From an uncultured bacterium (GTDB lineage: Bacteria; Babelota; Babeliae; Babelales; Babelaceae), in assembly GCA_963819815.1 (NCBI GenBank), contig CAWFXL010000001.1, forward strand, positions 1,312,001-1,376,000: a stretch of 64,000 bases of DNA, read 5' to 3'. A model generated the notes under the pieces. The model did not search any database, was not told the DNA's origin, and saw only the letters and a program-made list of their open reading frames with translations. This document shows positions 19,821 through 30,534 of this stretch, piece by piece (position 1 is the stretch's first letter; every line of letters starts with the position of its first letter). The position numbers were made by a program, and so were the translations under genes.

Positions 19821-19990
19821 TTGCAGTCGCAACGGGTAAATCCTACGCGAGGTAATTTTCGGTAGCCACCATGAATTGAGTAGGCGAGCGCACCATCTGA
19901 GTCAAACCTAAAGTCCGGTTTTGGTTGGCAGCTTAGTGTAGCATTGAGCAGTAAGATCATGATGCCTAAGATACTTTTGTACGAGATCAT
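19817..19990 (-). CDS. Small exported or lipoprotein peptide, 57 aa (below the ORF-track cutoff)
   Basis: Translated by hand: MISYKSILGIMILLLNATLSCQPKPDFRFDSDGALAYSIHGGYRKLPRVGFTRCDCN*. RBS GAAAGGA with an in-frame GTG at 19996. Fills the gap exactly. Confidence 0.6.
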   Translation of the reverse strand: MISYKSILGIMILLLNATLSCQPKPDFRFDSDGALAYSIHGGYRKLPRVGFTRCDCN

Positions 19991-20010
19991 TTTCACCGTG
20001 TGTCCTTTCT

Positions 20011-21639
20011 TTAAACGGGTAGTTCTGGTAATACTTCCGCAGCTGCTGCAGAAGGTCTTGGTACATTGTACATCGTTGCAAGTGAAACAACTACTTGTGG
20101 GATATACACATTCTTTGTAACTCTTTTTTTCATGAAGGTTCCTTTTTGGTAAAAGATGAGTGGAACCTGGGTATCATAAGCGAATTCGCTACTATGAGAG
20201 GTGCCTGTTGTGTACGCATCGAGCATAACATAGGGGCTGATAGCATAGAAAATCTGGCCACTGCGTCCTTTATACAATTGTCGTTGCATGTATTTATCAA
20301 GATCATAGGCTTCAAAGGTTTGCTTCCGAAGTTCTTCGAAAGTCCAAGTCCTTCGAATACCAGGGAGGCTCTGTATATAGTTCTTAATCAGCTCATAGAT
20401 GGTTTGTTGCATCGCTTCAGTTAATGAGGATAGAATCCATTGATTCAGGTACAGTTGCGGTTCTTTAAAATGTTGCACTATTCCTTTGATACCGCATTTA
20501 TTTTCGATGAGCAGATTAATATGTTCGACGATAGTGGGATAGTTAAGGCGGCGAGCTAACGAGAATCCCTGGTTATTAAGAATCTCTGGGATAGGGGGTG
20601 CTCCATGATCTGCCGTGAGCACAAAGAGGACCTCCTCTTTGGGTACCTTTGCATATACCTGTGTCATAAACTCTTTGAGCTGGTGATCGACATGGTACAG
20701 CAGATCTATAACATCTTTACTTTGAGGGCCAAAAGTATGACTTGTTTTATCAAGAGTACTTAAGCTCAGGTACACGATTAAACGGTCAGTCTCTTTTCCC
20801 GTGTAGTGGGTATTGATGCAGGAAAGACCAAGATCAAGAAGGAGCTGATTCGATTCGGGTGTTTTTGAAAAGATTGATTTGTAATCGTTTGGCTCAATCG
20901 GCAGAGTTTTTCCAACTAACGATTCTTCCAGTGAGCTGTAGCGGTAATTGTCAATCTCTTTGAATGCATAGGCAGGACTTGAGGAATCAAAAAAAGGTTT
21001 CCAAGTGACTTCAGTTTTTTTTGCAAGGTTCCTTTCCTTATTGAACTCGATGACCCAACTAGGTAGTTTCTCAAAGTAAGCTTTGCTCGACGTGAATGCA
21101 CCCGTTTTGCTATCAAGCCAGAGGGGTTTGCCTAATTTGCCTGCGAGCATGATTGAAGCTCTACTCTTAAGTGATAAAGCCCATACTTCATTCCGAGCAT
21201 GGGGATATGAATGCATCATACATTGATCTGCGAACGTATCGGCTAAGAGGTTTTTTGAAGATTTTCCATTGCAATATAAGCTCCCATCGGGGGCAAATAC
21301 CGCTGATTGAGGCCTATCATCGCTATCGCATCGAACTTTCTTCCCTTCTACATCGTACCACAGGTTATTGATAACACCATGGAAGCTTGCATAGGTTCCT
21401 GTCGATAGGAGCGCATGCCCGGGAGCAGTAGCTGGCATGCTTTGATCGTAGAAAGCATTTACGTATGAGATGCCTTCTTCTGAGAGAAATTTAAGACCCC
21501 CTGTTAAAAAGGGACTTAATTTCGGGATATAGTGTGCTGAAAATTGATCGATAACAATAAAGACCATGAGACGTGGAGCTTTTGCTTCGACCATGCTGTG
21601 CATGACCGTGATGATACAACCGAGAATATATTTCTTCAT
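20011..21639 (-). CDS. Alkaline phosphatase superfamily (PafA-like) phosphatase, exported
   Basis: VIDQF, TAPGHA (Thr nucleophile), SLKSRAS, DKTSHTFGP, LTADHG. Confidence 0.88.
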   Translation of the reverse strand: MKKYILGCIITVMHSMVEAKAPRLMVFIVIDQFSAHYIPKLSPFLTGGLKFLSEEGISYVNAFYDQSMPATAPGHALLSTGTYASFHGVINNLWYDVEGKKVRCDSDDRPQSAVFAPDGSLYCNGKSSKNLLADTFADQCMMHSYPHARNEVWALSLKSRASIMLAGKLGKPLWLDSKTGAFTSSKAYFEKLPSWVIEFNKERNLAKKTEVTWKPFFDSSSPAYAFKEIDNYRYSSLEESLVGKTLPIEPNDYKSIFSKTPESNQLLLDLGLSCINTHYTGKETDRLIVYLSLSTLDKTSHTFGPQSKDVIDLLYHVDHQLKEFMTQVYAKVPKEEVLFVLTADHGAPPIPEILNNQGFSLARRLNYPTIVEHINLLIENKCGIKGIVQHFKEPQLYLNQWILSSLTEAMQQTIYELIKNYIQSLPGIRRTWTFEELRKQTFEAYDLDKYMQRQLYKGRSGQIFYAISPYVMLDAYTTGTSHSSEFAYDTQVPLIFYQKGTFMKKRVTKNVYIPQVVVSLATMYNVPRPSAAAAEVLPELPV

Positions 21640-21982
21640 GAATTTCCTTTACTACCTGTCTCTTGGTTAGTGTACCATTGTGCTAAAAAGGCAATCAATA
21701 GTTTTGATTTATTGCTCATTGAAATTAGGCGAGGGGCTGGTGGATTAAAGCATTCATTCAGGCGCCTTCAAGCTTTGCAGCAAACCCTTGTGTCACTGGG
21801 CCGCAAGATTGTATGATGTCCTCTGAAAAATATCCCAAAGTTCTGGTTGTGCTAACCTAGGTATTTTGTGTGAATTGTATGAGTGATAGCGCACACGTTT
21901 TTGTGCTTGCCTTGCGATAAAAGTAGCGATCTACGACATTTTTTGGTATGCTTTTCACCTATGGAAGCACTCGGGAGTTTGA

Positions 21983-22507
21983 ATGAAAAAACTGCATAAG
22001 GGAATAGTATTACGCGCGCCATCGGTGCATAGAAGTACCGTCACCTTGTTTGATGACCAATTGGGAAAAATAGAGGGGATCCCTGGTCGTTTTGGAACGC
22101 TATCCCACGGTGCTTTAGTTTCCTATATGCTTCAGAAGAATGGCACGAGTTATTACTTACAAGATATGAGACTTCTTGAAATGCCTCTTTCCTGGGCTCA
22201 AGATAACTTTCTGTTTTTTCATCATGTGCTTGAATTGTGTGATTACTTTGTGCCTTGGGATGTGCATTGTGAAGCCCTTTTTAGATTAGTGTACGTATTG
22301 TACACAAATCCTGAATCGGTAGGTACAAAAGATGCCCAGAAGCTTTTTCTCACCACATTTTTTAAACGGGTTGGTATTCATCCTGAGCAGGGTGATGATA
22401 CCATTGAGGATTGGTTGCAGGCTTGTATAAACGAGCATCCTCAGGTGCTTTTGTTCAGAACTGCAGGATTTTTAAAGACATTGGAAGCTCATGAAGAACC
22501 TGCCTAA
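21983..22507 (+). CDS. DNA repair protein RecO-like
   Basis: KGIVLR...VTLFDDQLGKI OB-fold start and helical LELCDYF...LFRL region. Short and divergent. Confidence 0.55.
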   Translation: MKKLHKGIVLRAPSVHRSTVTLFDDQLGKIEGIPGRFGTLSHGALVSYMLQKNGTSYYLQDMRLLEMPLSWAQDNFLFFHHVLELCDYFVPWDVHCEALFRLVYVLYTNPESVGTKDAQKLFLTTFFKRVGIHPEQGDDTIEDWLQACINEHPQVLLFRTAGFLKTLEAHEEPA

Positions 22508-25500
22508 GTATCTTCTTTTTGTAGTCCTGTTAGGACACATTGGCCCACTGCTTGGCGGGCTCGGTCCTTTTATGTCGATTTTTAATACAAAGTGGGAAGG
22601 CAAAACATTTGTCCAGTTAGTTGAAAATGATATTGAAGAGCTTAAGAAGCGTCAAGAAGCTGCGGAAAAGGCTCATGCTGATTACAAGTCGTTGCTCGAA
22701 ACTACTCAGAAGAATGTAGCAACGCTTAAAGAAACGATGAGTAGGGTTCGGGGAACCGAGCTTGAGTATACCAGCCAATACATGGTTGTTGTTAATAAGA
22801 CGGCACTCGTTCTTTCCGATCTTGTTCAAGTGTATCACGATATTCAGGTACTTTTGCAAGAGCATATGAAGGCACTTGAGGAATATAAGGAAGATCCTGA
22901 GTTTAGTAAAAAGGGGTTACCACTCGAGCAGAAATCGATTTATTCTATCGAAGATTTCCAAAGGATTATGAGCATCGTCTTGCGCTATGATAGTGAGCTG
23001 AATAATCTTACCGAGCGTCGAGAGAAAATTAGTGCGGATATTCTTGCTCTCAAGAAAAACTTGGAGCTTTCAAAACAGAGTCTCGCTGAAAAGAAGCAAG
23101 AACAGAAGGAGCTTAAAGAACAGAAGCCTGAGCCTTTACCAGGACGGCAAAAGTTTACGCTGAAACAGCAGGGGGCGATTCTTGATGCAGAAGACCGGCT
23201 CCTTACCTATACACGAGATCTCACCGAAGCGCGCCTAAAAGAAGCTGACATACGGTTGCAAGTTGTTGAGTTTCAGATTAAAACCACAAAGCTGCAGCTT
23301 GATACCCTCCTGAGGCAAGAGGATCATGTGCGACAAGAATTGCGCATAGACCGAAAAGATATAGAGCTTGCTCAAAGAAAATTGCGCCAGCAGATACAGG
23401 AATCAAGTAGATTACAAGAAGATTACAATCGTCGCATAGAAGGGTTAAATCTTTTACGACAAAGTGAGCTTGACCAAATTGCCCTTGTAAAGCAGCGAGC
23501 TTCTTTGAATGACGAGACGCTCGACAAGATATATGATTGGTCGTTTCGTCCCGTTTCTGTACTAGAATGGAGGGCACTTCTTGAAATCGGGCGTCTTCAT
23601 GATCATATTGCATTTGAAACTGACGTCCTAAAAGAGATCTTTCAGGCGCGCGTTGAGCAAGAAAAGGTGAACGTGACTGCTCAAGAAGTAGCGAGTTCAA
23701 TTATCCAAACTTGGGAGGCGGTAACGAATGGAACTTTTGATGGTTCATCTGATTCTCTCAATAAAGAAATAAAGAAATATGAAAAGCTACTTGCTGACTT
23801 AGAAAGTTCATTATCTTCCCTTGAAGATAAGCATACTGCTGCATCACGTCTTCTTGCTCAAAATAGTGCCGTTGCGGAAGCTATTCAGGCACGGCTTAAA
23901 GAATTTATAAGTCAAAGGGAAACGATCTTCAAGGCCGATCCAGCTATCTATTCTCGTCTTGGGGAGGTGCTTAAGAATGAAGGACAGATCGAAGCTCAAA
24001 AACGTAGTGAGCTCATTACTCAGCTCATTGAGCTCTATACCTCCTTAGCACAACAGCGCACCCTAATTACCAAAAAGATAGATATGATGATTCGAGTACT
24101 GCGCTCAAAAGTGCAAGATAAGCTGGTACCACCATTGTGGAATGGGGTAAAAAGATTTGTTCCCGATCTTGGTCGTTTTGTGACATACCTAGCTACGCCG
24201 GGTAGACTTCATACAAGTATTGAAGATGCACGGAACAGCCTAACTTCCTGGAGCATAGGGTTGCTTACTCACCCGCTCTCATTACTTGTGGTTGTTATGT
24301 ATCTTCTGGCTGTCATAGCTCTCTACACGCTCTTGCGCATGTATCTTCGTGAGAGTGGGATTCTTATTACGCATTTTATGAAGCCGGAATATGGCTTTAT
24401 TTCGGTTATCGCTGGACTGCTTGGGCTCTTAGTACAATTTATTGCTGACCATTTAGAAGGAATTTTTGTATGGTCTATGTTGCTTCTACTGGTAAAATAT
24501 GCAGCGACGACCTATCTTGCAACGCTCTTTTATCTCTTGTCTATTCCGTTTTGGTTGTATTATGTACATCGATTTATCAGATATGCTAAGTCGGTTAATA
24601 CTTCACGTGAATATCCGTTAGCAAGTAAGAAGTATCATGAACGATTTTTCTGGATATTAGCGGTCTTTCTCTCTGCTACCGTTATTCTTGTCTTTTTTAG
24701 AGAAGCGATGGCCCGCGTGTTACCACAATCAGATGCGCCACGAATTTTGCTTGCGATTAACTTTATCGTGTTCCAGGTTTCTTTGATTTTCATGATTAGT
24801 CGTGAGCAGATTCTGCTTCTTATTCCCCGACATACTTCATTGGGAAAATGGATCCAAGAGTTGGTTGATGATTATTACTATCTCTTTTTAATAGGGATTA
24901 TCTTTATTATTGTGATGAGTAATCCCTACATTGGGTTTGGCACTTCGTTTCTGTATCTCATTGGTCGTATCTTACTCATAGTGGTTTTGATTCCTCTTGT
25001 AATTATGCTTGATAATGCGCTGAAATCCTTTTTGAGCTCCTTCTTCTTTTATTCTGATGAGGAAGGCCGTTTGAATGACCGCTTTCCCTATGCACGTACC
25101 TCCTATGGGCTTTTTATTATTGGGAGCTTCCTTTTCTTAAGCATTGCTGCGCTTATTATGGCTGCTAATGTATGGGGACTCAAGATTGGCTACCAAGAAA
25201 TTATCTCCTGGTTGCGCAAGGAATGGTATTCCTATCAAAGTGCGGAAACTGGCGTTAAGGTTGCCGTCAATTTTATTCATTTCATACGGGTCTTTTTCTA
25301 CGTATTTATTGGGGTCCTCATCGCCTTTCTTATTAACAAATTCGTTCTGCGTAGAATGTTTGATTTGCTCATGGTTAATGCTGGTATACAAAGTATATTC
25401 CTATCACTCATACGGTACGTCATCGTATTTGTTGCCATTTTAATTGGACTTCAAAGCATCGGTCTTGGAAGTAATTCGCTCTTCATATTTTTAGGTACCT

Positions 25501-26114
25501 TAGCGGGTCTTGGGGTGGCAGGTAAAGAGGTCATAGCTGACTTTATTGGCTATTTCTTGATCCTTATGCAGCGCCCATTAAAGATCGGTGACTTTGTACG
25601 TATTGGTGGTACCGACGAAAAAGGGGATCTGGAAGGAATTGTTCGTCATCTGAATCTCCGCTCAGTAATCTTGCGTAGAAAAAATAGCGTTACCGTTATC
25701 GTTCCTAACTCATATGTGTTAAGTCGCCCGCTTGCTAACTGGAACTATTACCGCATGTACTTTGCTTTTGATGATATTTTGATTACCGTGCCTTACAGCG
25801 CAGATCCTGATAAGGTTCGTGAGATCTTTTTAAAGGTGCTTGACGATAATTATGAAGTGTTGCGCAATCCGGCACCAGTAGTTAGATTGCAAGCCTTTGC
25901 TGAAAATGGATTTGAATTTATGGTGCGTGGCTATCTGAGTCATGACAAAGTCTATGAACAGCATGATATTGCTTCTAATATCCGTCTTGAGCTTGTGCGT
26001 ATCTTACGCAAGCATGGCTATAAGGTTGCCGTTCCAAGCCGTATACTCAAGTTGGTTAAAGAGGGCAAGGAAGAGTTTGTAGAAGCGGTTCTTGACCAGA
26101 AGAATGACGAATAA
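22491..26114 (+). CDS. Large MscS-family (MscK-like) mechanosensitive channel
   Basis: Signal peptide, long coiled coil, multiple TMs, RPLKIGDFV, VIVPNS, NWN, VPYSADP. Confidence 0.9.
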   Translation: MKNLPKYLLFVVLLGHIGPLLGGLGPFMSIFNTKWEGKTFVQLVENDIEELKKRQEAAEKAHADYKSLLETTQKNVATLKETMSRVRGTELEYTSQYMVVVNKTALVLSDLVQVYHDIQVLLQEHMKALEEYKEDPEFSKKGLPLEQKSIYSIEDFQRIMSIVLRYDSELNNLTERREKISADILALKKNLELSKQSLAEKKQEQKELKEQKPEPLPGRQKFTLKQQGAILDAEDRLLTYTRDLTEARLKEADIRLQVVEFQIKTTKLQLDTLLRQEDHVRQELRIDRKDIELAQRKLRQQIQESSRLQEDYNRRIEGLNLLRQSELDQIALVKQRASLNDETLDKIYDWSFRPVSVLEWRALLEIGRLHDHIAFETDVLKEIFQARVEQEKVNVTAQEVASSIIQTWEAVTNGTFDGSSDSLNKEIKKYEKLLADLESSLSSLEDKHTAASRLLAQNSAVAEAIQARLKEFISQRETIFKADPAIYSRLGEVLKNEGQIEAQKRSELITQLIELYTSLAQQRTLITKKIDMMIRVLRSKVQDKLVPPLWNGVKRFVPDLGRFVTYLATPGRLHTSIEDARNSLTSWSIGLLTHPLSLLVVVMYLLAVIALYTLLRMYLRESGILITHFMKPEYGFISVIAGLLGLLVQFIADHLEGIFVWSMLLLLVKYAATTYLATLFYLLSIPFWLYYVHRFIRYAKSVNTSREYPLASKKYHERFFWILAVFLSATVILVFFREAMARVLPQSDAPRILLAINFIVFQVSLIFMISREQILLLIPRHTSLGKWIQELVDDYYYLFLIGIIFIIVMSNPYIGFGTSFLYLIGRILLIVVLIPLVIMLDNALKSFLSSFFFYSDEEGRLNDRFPYARTSYGLFIIGSFLFLSIAALIMAANVWGLKIGYQEIISWLRKEWYSYQSAETGVKVAVNFIHFIRVFFYVFIGVLIAFLINKFVLRRMFDLLMVNAGIQSIFLSLIRYVIVFVAILIGLQSIGLGSNSLFIFLGTLAGLGVAGKEVIADFIGYFLILMQRPLKIGDFVRIGGTDEKGDLEGIVRHLNLRSVILRRKNSVTVIVPNSYVLSRPLANWNYYRMYFAFDDILITVPYSADPDKVREIFLKVLDDNYEVLRNPAPVVRLQAFAENGFEFMVRGYLSHDKVYEQHDIASNIRLELVRILRKHGYKVAVPSRILKLVKEGKEEFVEAVLDQKNDE

Positions 26115-26117
26115 TCT

Positions 26118-26882
26118 TTAATCAAGTCTTCCAAGACCCTTTGCTTTGCTTTTATTGAACATGTAATAAAAGAAGATCAGCGAACAGGTCAGATACACAC
26201 CGTTGAGTACAAAACTTTTTATCAGATATTCTGAGGAGTAGGTTCCCGTTTTTAACAGCTGCCTCATGGCCTCAAATATAGGGGTAGTAGGTAGCATGTT
26301 GCTTATCTTTTGTACCGGCACTGGGAGTGCCGAAACTGGATAATATATAGCGCTAAACGGTGAGAAAACGTACCCTATAGTATAGAGATAATCCGTAGCC
26401 TTTGAGCCCCAATAGATCAAAAGGCCACTGATGAAAAAGCCTATGAACCACGCAGACAGGAGTAGGCACATCATAAAGGGAATAATACTCCAGCCAAGAT
26501 CAAACAGAGAAATGCTATATAAGAACCATACTGTAGCACCACTGGTGATGATCACCAAAAAGAGATTAATAATGCCAATCCCGAGCATGGCGCATACCCA
26601 TTCAGCCCAGGTAAGTGGTGTAGAAAAGAGATTGATAATATTTTGGTCTAAGACCTCTTCATAGAGGCACTTGGCCGTTTCTATGTTAATTCTAAAGACG
26701 ATTTGCCAGAGCACAAGCCCGGTAAGCATCATAGCTGCAAGGTTGAGTTCATGCGCAATATTCTGTATCCATATGCTAGTAATACCCCAGATGATGATAT
26801 TAATAAAGGGCCAATAGAGCATATTAAAAAGACGATCAAACCGGGAATAACTAGTAAGTACATGACGACGTATGACGGCCAT
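26118..26882 (-). CDS. ABC-2 type transporter permease
   Basis: Six TMs, NLFSTPL, FSAIYYPVSALP. The true start is probably ATG 26901, shifted by a 1-bp insertion. Confidence 0.88.
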   Translation of the reverse strand: MAVIRRHVLTSYSRFDRLFNMLYWPFINIIIWGITSIWIQNIAHELNLAAMMLTGLVLWQIVFRINIETAKCLYEEVLDQNIINLFSTPLTWAEWVCAMLGIGIINLFLVIITSGATVWFLYSISLFDLGWSIIPFMMCLLLSAWFIGFFISGLLIYWGSKATDYLYTIGYVFSPFSAIYYPVSALPVPVQKISNMLPTTPIFEAMRQLLKTGTYSSEYLIKSFVLNGVYLTCSLIFFYYMFNKSKAKGLGRLD

Positions 26883-26897
26883 AATACGATGCAGTCT

Positions 26898-27887
26898 TCA
26901 TACTGATTCCTTAGCGATAGAGAGGAAGTAATCATTCAGGTTTGGTGAATGAATGGCAATCTGTGTGTAGGTAATACCTTGTACGGCAAGTCCTGCTAAC
27001 AGTCCCGCAATGCCCTGTTCATCTATTTCTACGATGATGCTCTTTTCAGATGTGTGAAAGATGAGTCCCTGCATCTGAGCATAGGTGGCTAATGCAGAAG
27101 GATGTTCTGTAGTGAAAATGACTCGGGTTCTCGCGACGCTAAATGCAAGGTTGCGTGGTGTATCATTGGCAATAATGTTGCCTTGTTTTATAACGAGTAC
27201 TCGGTCACAGATCTGGGTAACTTCTTCCATGGTATGTGAAGTAAGTAGCAGTGCAATCCCATGTTCTCTTTGTTGTTCCTTAATAAACGTTCTTGCTTCC
27301 AGAGCACTATCGGGATCTAGGGATGCTGTTGGCTCATCTAAGAGAATGATTTTAGGGTGGGACATAAAGGCCTTGGCAAGCATAACGCGGGTCATTTGTC
27401 CTGATGATAGGACGCCTGTCTCTCTATCGGCGAGGTTCCACATACCAAAGAATTTCAGATATTTTTCAATTCGTTGAGCTCGTTCTTGTGAAGGGATACC
27501 ATACAATTGCGCGTAGATATCAAGATTGGTTCGCACCGTGAGTCGTGCGGGAAGTTTTACGTAGCTGCTGGCAAATGATACCTTTTCTAAGATAGCACTT
27601 CGATGCGTAAAAAAGTTCTTCCCAAAATAGGTAATTGTTCCCGAAGTGGGAGTAAGCACGCTCAGGAGCATTTTAATAAGGGTTGTTTTACCTGCACCAT
27701 TGGGGCCAAGGACTCCTAAGGCTTCTCCTTCAATCAGGTTAAAGCTCATTCCATTTACTATGGTAATAACCTTATCTTGCGAAGTAATCGAACGTTTTAC
27801 CGGGAACTGCTTAACGAGATTGTGTACCTCAAGTACTGATGGTCTATTCATATAACTAAGTATAGGCTTTGTCTGATTACTTGTCAT
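26898..27887 (-). CDS. ABC transporter ATP-binding protein
   Basis: GPNGAGKT, LSSGQ, LLDEPT, SH switch. Confidence 0.95.
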   Translation of the reverse strand: MTSNQTKPILSYMNRPSVLEVHNLVKQFPVKRSITSQDKVITIVNGMSFNLIEGEALGVLGPNGAGKTTLIKMLLSVLTPTSGTITYFGKNFFTHRSAILEKVSFASSYVKLPARLTVRTNLDIYAQLYGIPSQERAQRIEKYLKFFGMWNLADRETGVLSSGQMTRVMLAKAFMSHPKIILLDEPTASLDPDSALEARTFIKEQQREHGIALLLTSHTMEEVTQICDRVLVIKQGNIIANDTPRNLAFSVARTRVIFTTEHPSALATYAQMQGLIFHTSEKSIIVEIDEQGIAGLLAGLAVQGITYTQIAIHSPNLNDYFLSIAKESV

Positions 27888-28092
27888 TAGGCTAGACTAA
27901 ACTTTTTTCAAGAGTGTTGAAACGGGCTTCTGAGCGGTGTCTTTCTTAGGAGGCTGGCATCATGCTTTTTTACACAAGACACAGTTATTGTTTTACCATT
28001 CATAGCATAGGATTGTCTCGGCGGATATATGGTTATGCTCGATTTTTTATAGAATACTTAATATCTCAAAAGATTGATCAGATTTACGTGAG

Positions 28093-28150
28093 GAGCCGTG
28101 TATGGACCCGTACGCACGGTTCTGTGGAGTGGGGGTACGCCTAACACTAT
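28093..28150 (+). mobile_element. Group II intron 3' remnant (domains V and VI)
   Basis: GAGCCGTGT-ATG-GACC-CGT-AC-GCACGGTTC gives DV with an AGC triad and AC bulge. It is followed by a DVI-like stem agtg...cact with bulged A and terminal AT. Confidence 0.75.
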
Positions 28151-28274
28151 TAACTTTTGCATGTAATGTAATTTGGAAAACAAGAATCGGCATAAAATCC
28201 TTACGGTTTTTTTCAATCTATTGATATCAAAAACAATTTTTTACAAGGTCTAAAAAGCCTAATTTGTAAGAAAG

Positions 28275-28301
28275 ACTCCCCGAAATTCATTTCCGGGGAG
28301 T
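28275..28301 (-). terminator. Terminator-like hairpin downstream of the ankyrin gene
   Basis: actccccg...cggggagt. Confidence 0.55.
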
Positions 28302-28364
28302 GCGTCAAGCTGTAACGTAGTGTATAAATGTTAGTCCTTAGTTCTGCTAGGTACTTAAGATAGG

Positions 28365-29120
28365 CTATGTCTTCTTATTTTCTTTTTCATATGTTCTAAG
28401 GAGCTCAATCATGGACGGTGTCTTTTGGGGATTTTTATCATGATATTTGGCAGTTCCTTCGGCGAGAACTTTTACTCTACTCCCTTTTGAAAGGTTTTCA
28501 AATTTCTCTCCAAAGGATTGTGATTTTTCAAGAAATGATAAGGCAGTATCTCCGTTGATATCCTTTATTGACGAATCAGCCCCCTTTTTAAGTAAAAATT
28601 CGATCATTTCACTATCTCCCTCTCGCGCAGCATGGATTAAGGCGGTTGCTCCCTGCTTATCCCGATAATTTATATCAGCACCCTGTGCTAAAAGAAGTGT
28701 TACCACTTTAAGGTGGTTTGTTGCTGGTGTAGAAAGTACATGAACATCTGAAGGAAGCCCGAGAACATCAACATAGGGTACCGTATGGCCTTTAACGGCT
28801 AGCATTAAAGGAGTCAAGCCTTTATCAGTTGTTTGGTTTGCTTGAGCTTTACTTTTAAGGAGGAATTCTACCATTTTAAAGTTGCCACGATGGGCTGTAT
28901 CCAACAATGCAGACATATTATCCATTTTAGGATCCCTATAGTCAACAGGGACACCCGCTTTTAGTAGTTTTTTTACCGCTTCAACATCATTTGCTGCTGC
29001 CTTTAACACAATGTCTGGTTTTTTGATGTTAGCTTTTAATAGGAGAGTTTGGATGTCACCAAACAGAGTTCCCCCTGTCATGCCAACTAATCCGGTGCAT
29101 AGTATATAAAATTTGTTCAT
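28365..29120 (-). CDS. Exported ankyrin-repeat protein
   Basis: GLTPLMLAV, GATALIHAA, GDTAL, LLxxGADIN. Hydrophobic N-terminus. Confidence 0.9.
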   Translation of the reverse strand: MNKFYILCTGLVGMTGGTLFGDIQTLLLKANIKKPDIVLKAAANDVEAVKKLLKAGVPVDYRDPKMDNMSALLDTAHRGNFKMVEFLLKSKAQANQTTDKGLTPLMLAVKGHTVPYVDVLGLPSDVHVLSTPATNHLKVVTLLLAQGADINYRDKQGATALIHAAREGDSEMIEFLLKKGADSSIKDINGDTALSFLEKSQSFGEKFENLSKGSRVKVLAEGTAKYHDKNPQKTPSMIELLRTYEKENKKT

Positions 29121-29212
29121 TTCTGATCCTTTTCTATTTTCACTTTAGTTCTAAGCCCTATCGTCAACGGTGTAAAATTTATTTAATAATTAGACGACAG
29201 ATTAATCTCCTT

Positions 29213-29509
29213 TTATGAACGATTAGTGAGCTTTTCAACCCAATTGGTTACGGTAGCGATGAGCTTTGATTTGTATATTCCCCAGGCTGTCAAAGCAAGC
29301 CCAACAAATCCTATTGCAAGCTTAAAAAAGTCAAAATAGCCTAAGCTAAACAGAAAGAGAAAAGCTCCTGCGGTTAAGGCGAGATACCCCTGGAGTATTG
29401 GACTCCAACCTTCAGCTAGTTTTTGAGCTTTTTTCACAAAATTGGCATCAGGTGCTATCCCATTTGAGGTATGGGGTGTTTCTTCGGTATGTTTTCTATT
29501 AATAGGCAT
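29213..29509 (-). CDS. Small membrane protein (2 TM)
   Basis: RBS AAGGAG, two hydrophobic segments. Confidence 0.65.
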   Translation of the reverse strand: MPINRKHTEETPHTSNGIAPDANFVKKAQKLAEGWSPILQGYLALTAGAFLFLFSLGYFDFFKLAIGFVGLALTAWGIYKSKLIATVTNWVEKLTNRS

Positions 29510-29967
29510 TGTATTCTCCTTTATAAGATTGTTACTCTTCTTTGTATGTATTAAGTATAGAAAAAAAGCACCAATAATTGCAATAATATTAATATATTTT
29601 TTTGAAAAAGATTACTCATCGTCTGTTTATTTGTTTCTGTGATAACCACGAAATCCACTAATGATGGGGCTTCGTGGTACTTGTATAGGTTCTTCGCCCA
29701 TTTGGGCGGTTAAGCTTCAGGTTTTAAAAAAGATGGCTCTTTTTGTTGATTATTTAGATACTTTGCACTAATTCAGCCTGAGATTCAAGAAGTTGCCACC
29801 AAGGATTCTCAAAGCAGAGTGATTTCGTAGCAGCTTAGGTCGATTCCATTTTACCTTATGGGGGAGCTTCCTCGGTTGCTTGATGAACCAATATAATTCG
29901 AAAGTGCTATTAGTAGCACCAAATCACCAGTTTTGTTTGGCGTGAGATGCTTTTTTTCTTCAAAGTC

Positions 29968-30534
29968 TTACGATTGGCTGTAGCCTTGAATAACCCAAGG
30001 CCGATCAAAATCAAGATGAGGGTCTTGAATAGGTTTATGATTTACAAGCAATTGCACTTTCTTGAGTTGGATATCAGATTCTCTCAGGGTTTTTAGAAGA
30101 CCTTCAATAATCATGAGCTGTTCATAGGTACTGTGCTCTTTTTTAAGAGGACTGCGATTAAATGATATATAGGCAGTTGTATTATGCATATCAAGAAGGA
30201 CCGACTGTACCGTGACGTTCTTAGTAAGAAGGTGCTCTTCCTCTAAGACTGAAAGCCATCGTGAGACAATCTCTGCTAAGGTGTCTTGTAGATTTCCTGA
30301 GTAAATAACCTCTCTATCTTCTTTTTCAAAGCGCGCTCCATCCCAGTACCAGATTCCAATCTGTTTGTGATGAGCAGCACGATGCTGAAGTCCTTGAGAA
30401 GAGGTTTTGTGTTTGGGTATCTGTATAATGATTAACTTATTATAGAACCCATAAAACAGCATACCGATGCCAAGCATAGCAAAGCTCAGAATGAGAAACT
30501 TTAGAAGTAGCTGGTTATTAGTTTGAATATTCAT
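29968..30534 (-). CDS. GerMN-domain-like membrane-anchored protein
   Basis: N-terminal TM, AYISF, EQLMIIEGLLKTL, IQLKKVQLLVN, HLDFDRP. Confidence 0.7.
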   Translation of the reverse strand: MNIQTNNQLLLKFLILSFAMLGIGMLFYGFYNKLIIIQIPKHKTSSQGLQHRAAHHKQIGIWYWDGARFEKEDREVIYSGNLQDTLAEIVSRWLSVLEEEHLLTKNVTVQSVLLDMHNTTAYISFNRSPLKKEHSTYEQLMIIEGLLKTLRESDIQLKKVQLLVNHKPIQDPHLDFDRPWVIQGYSQS

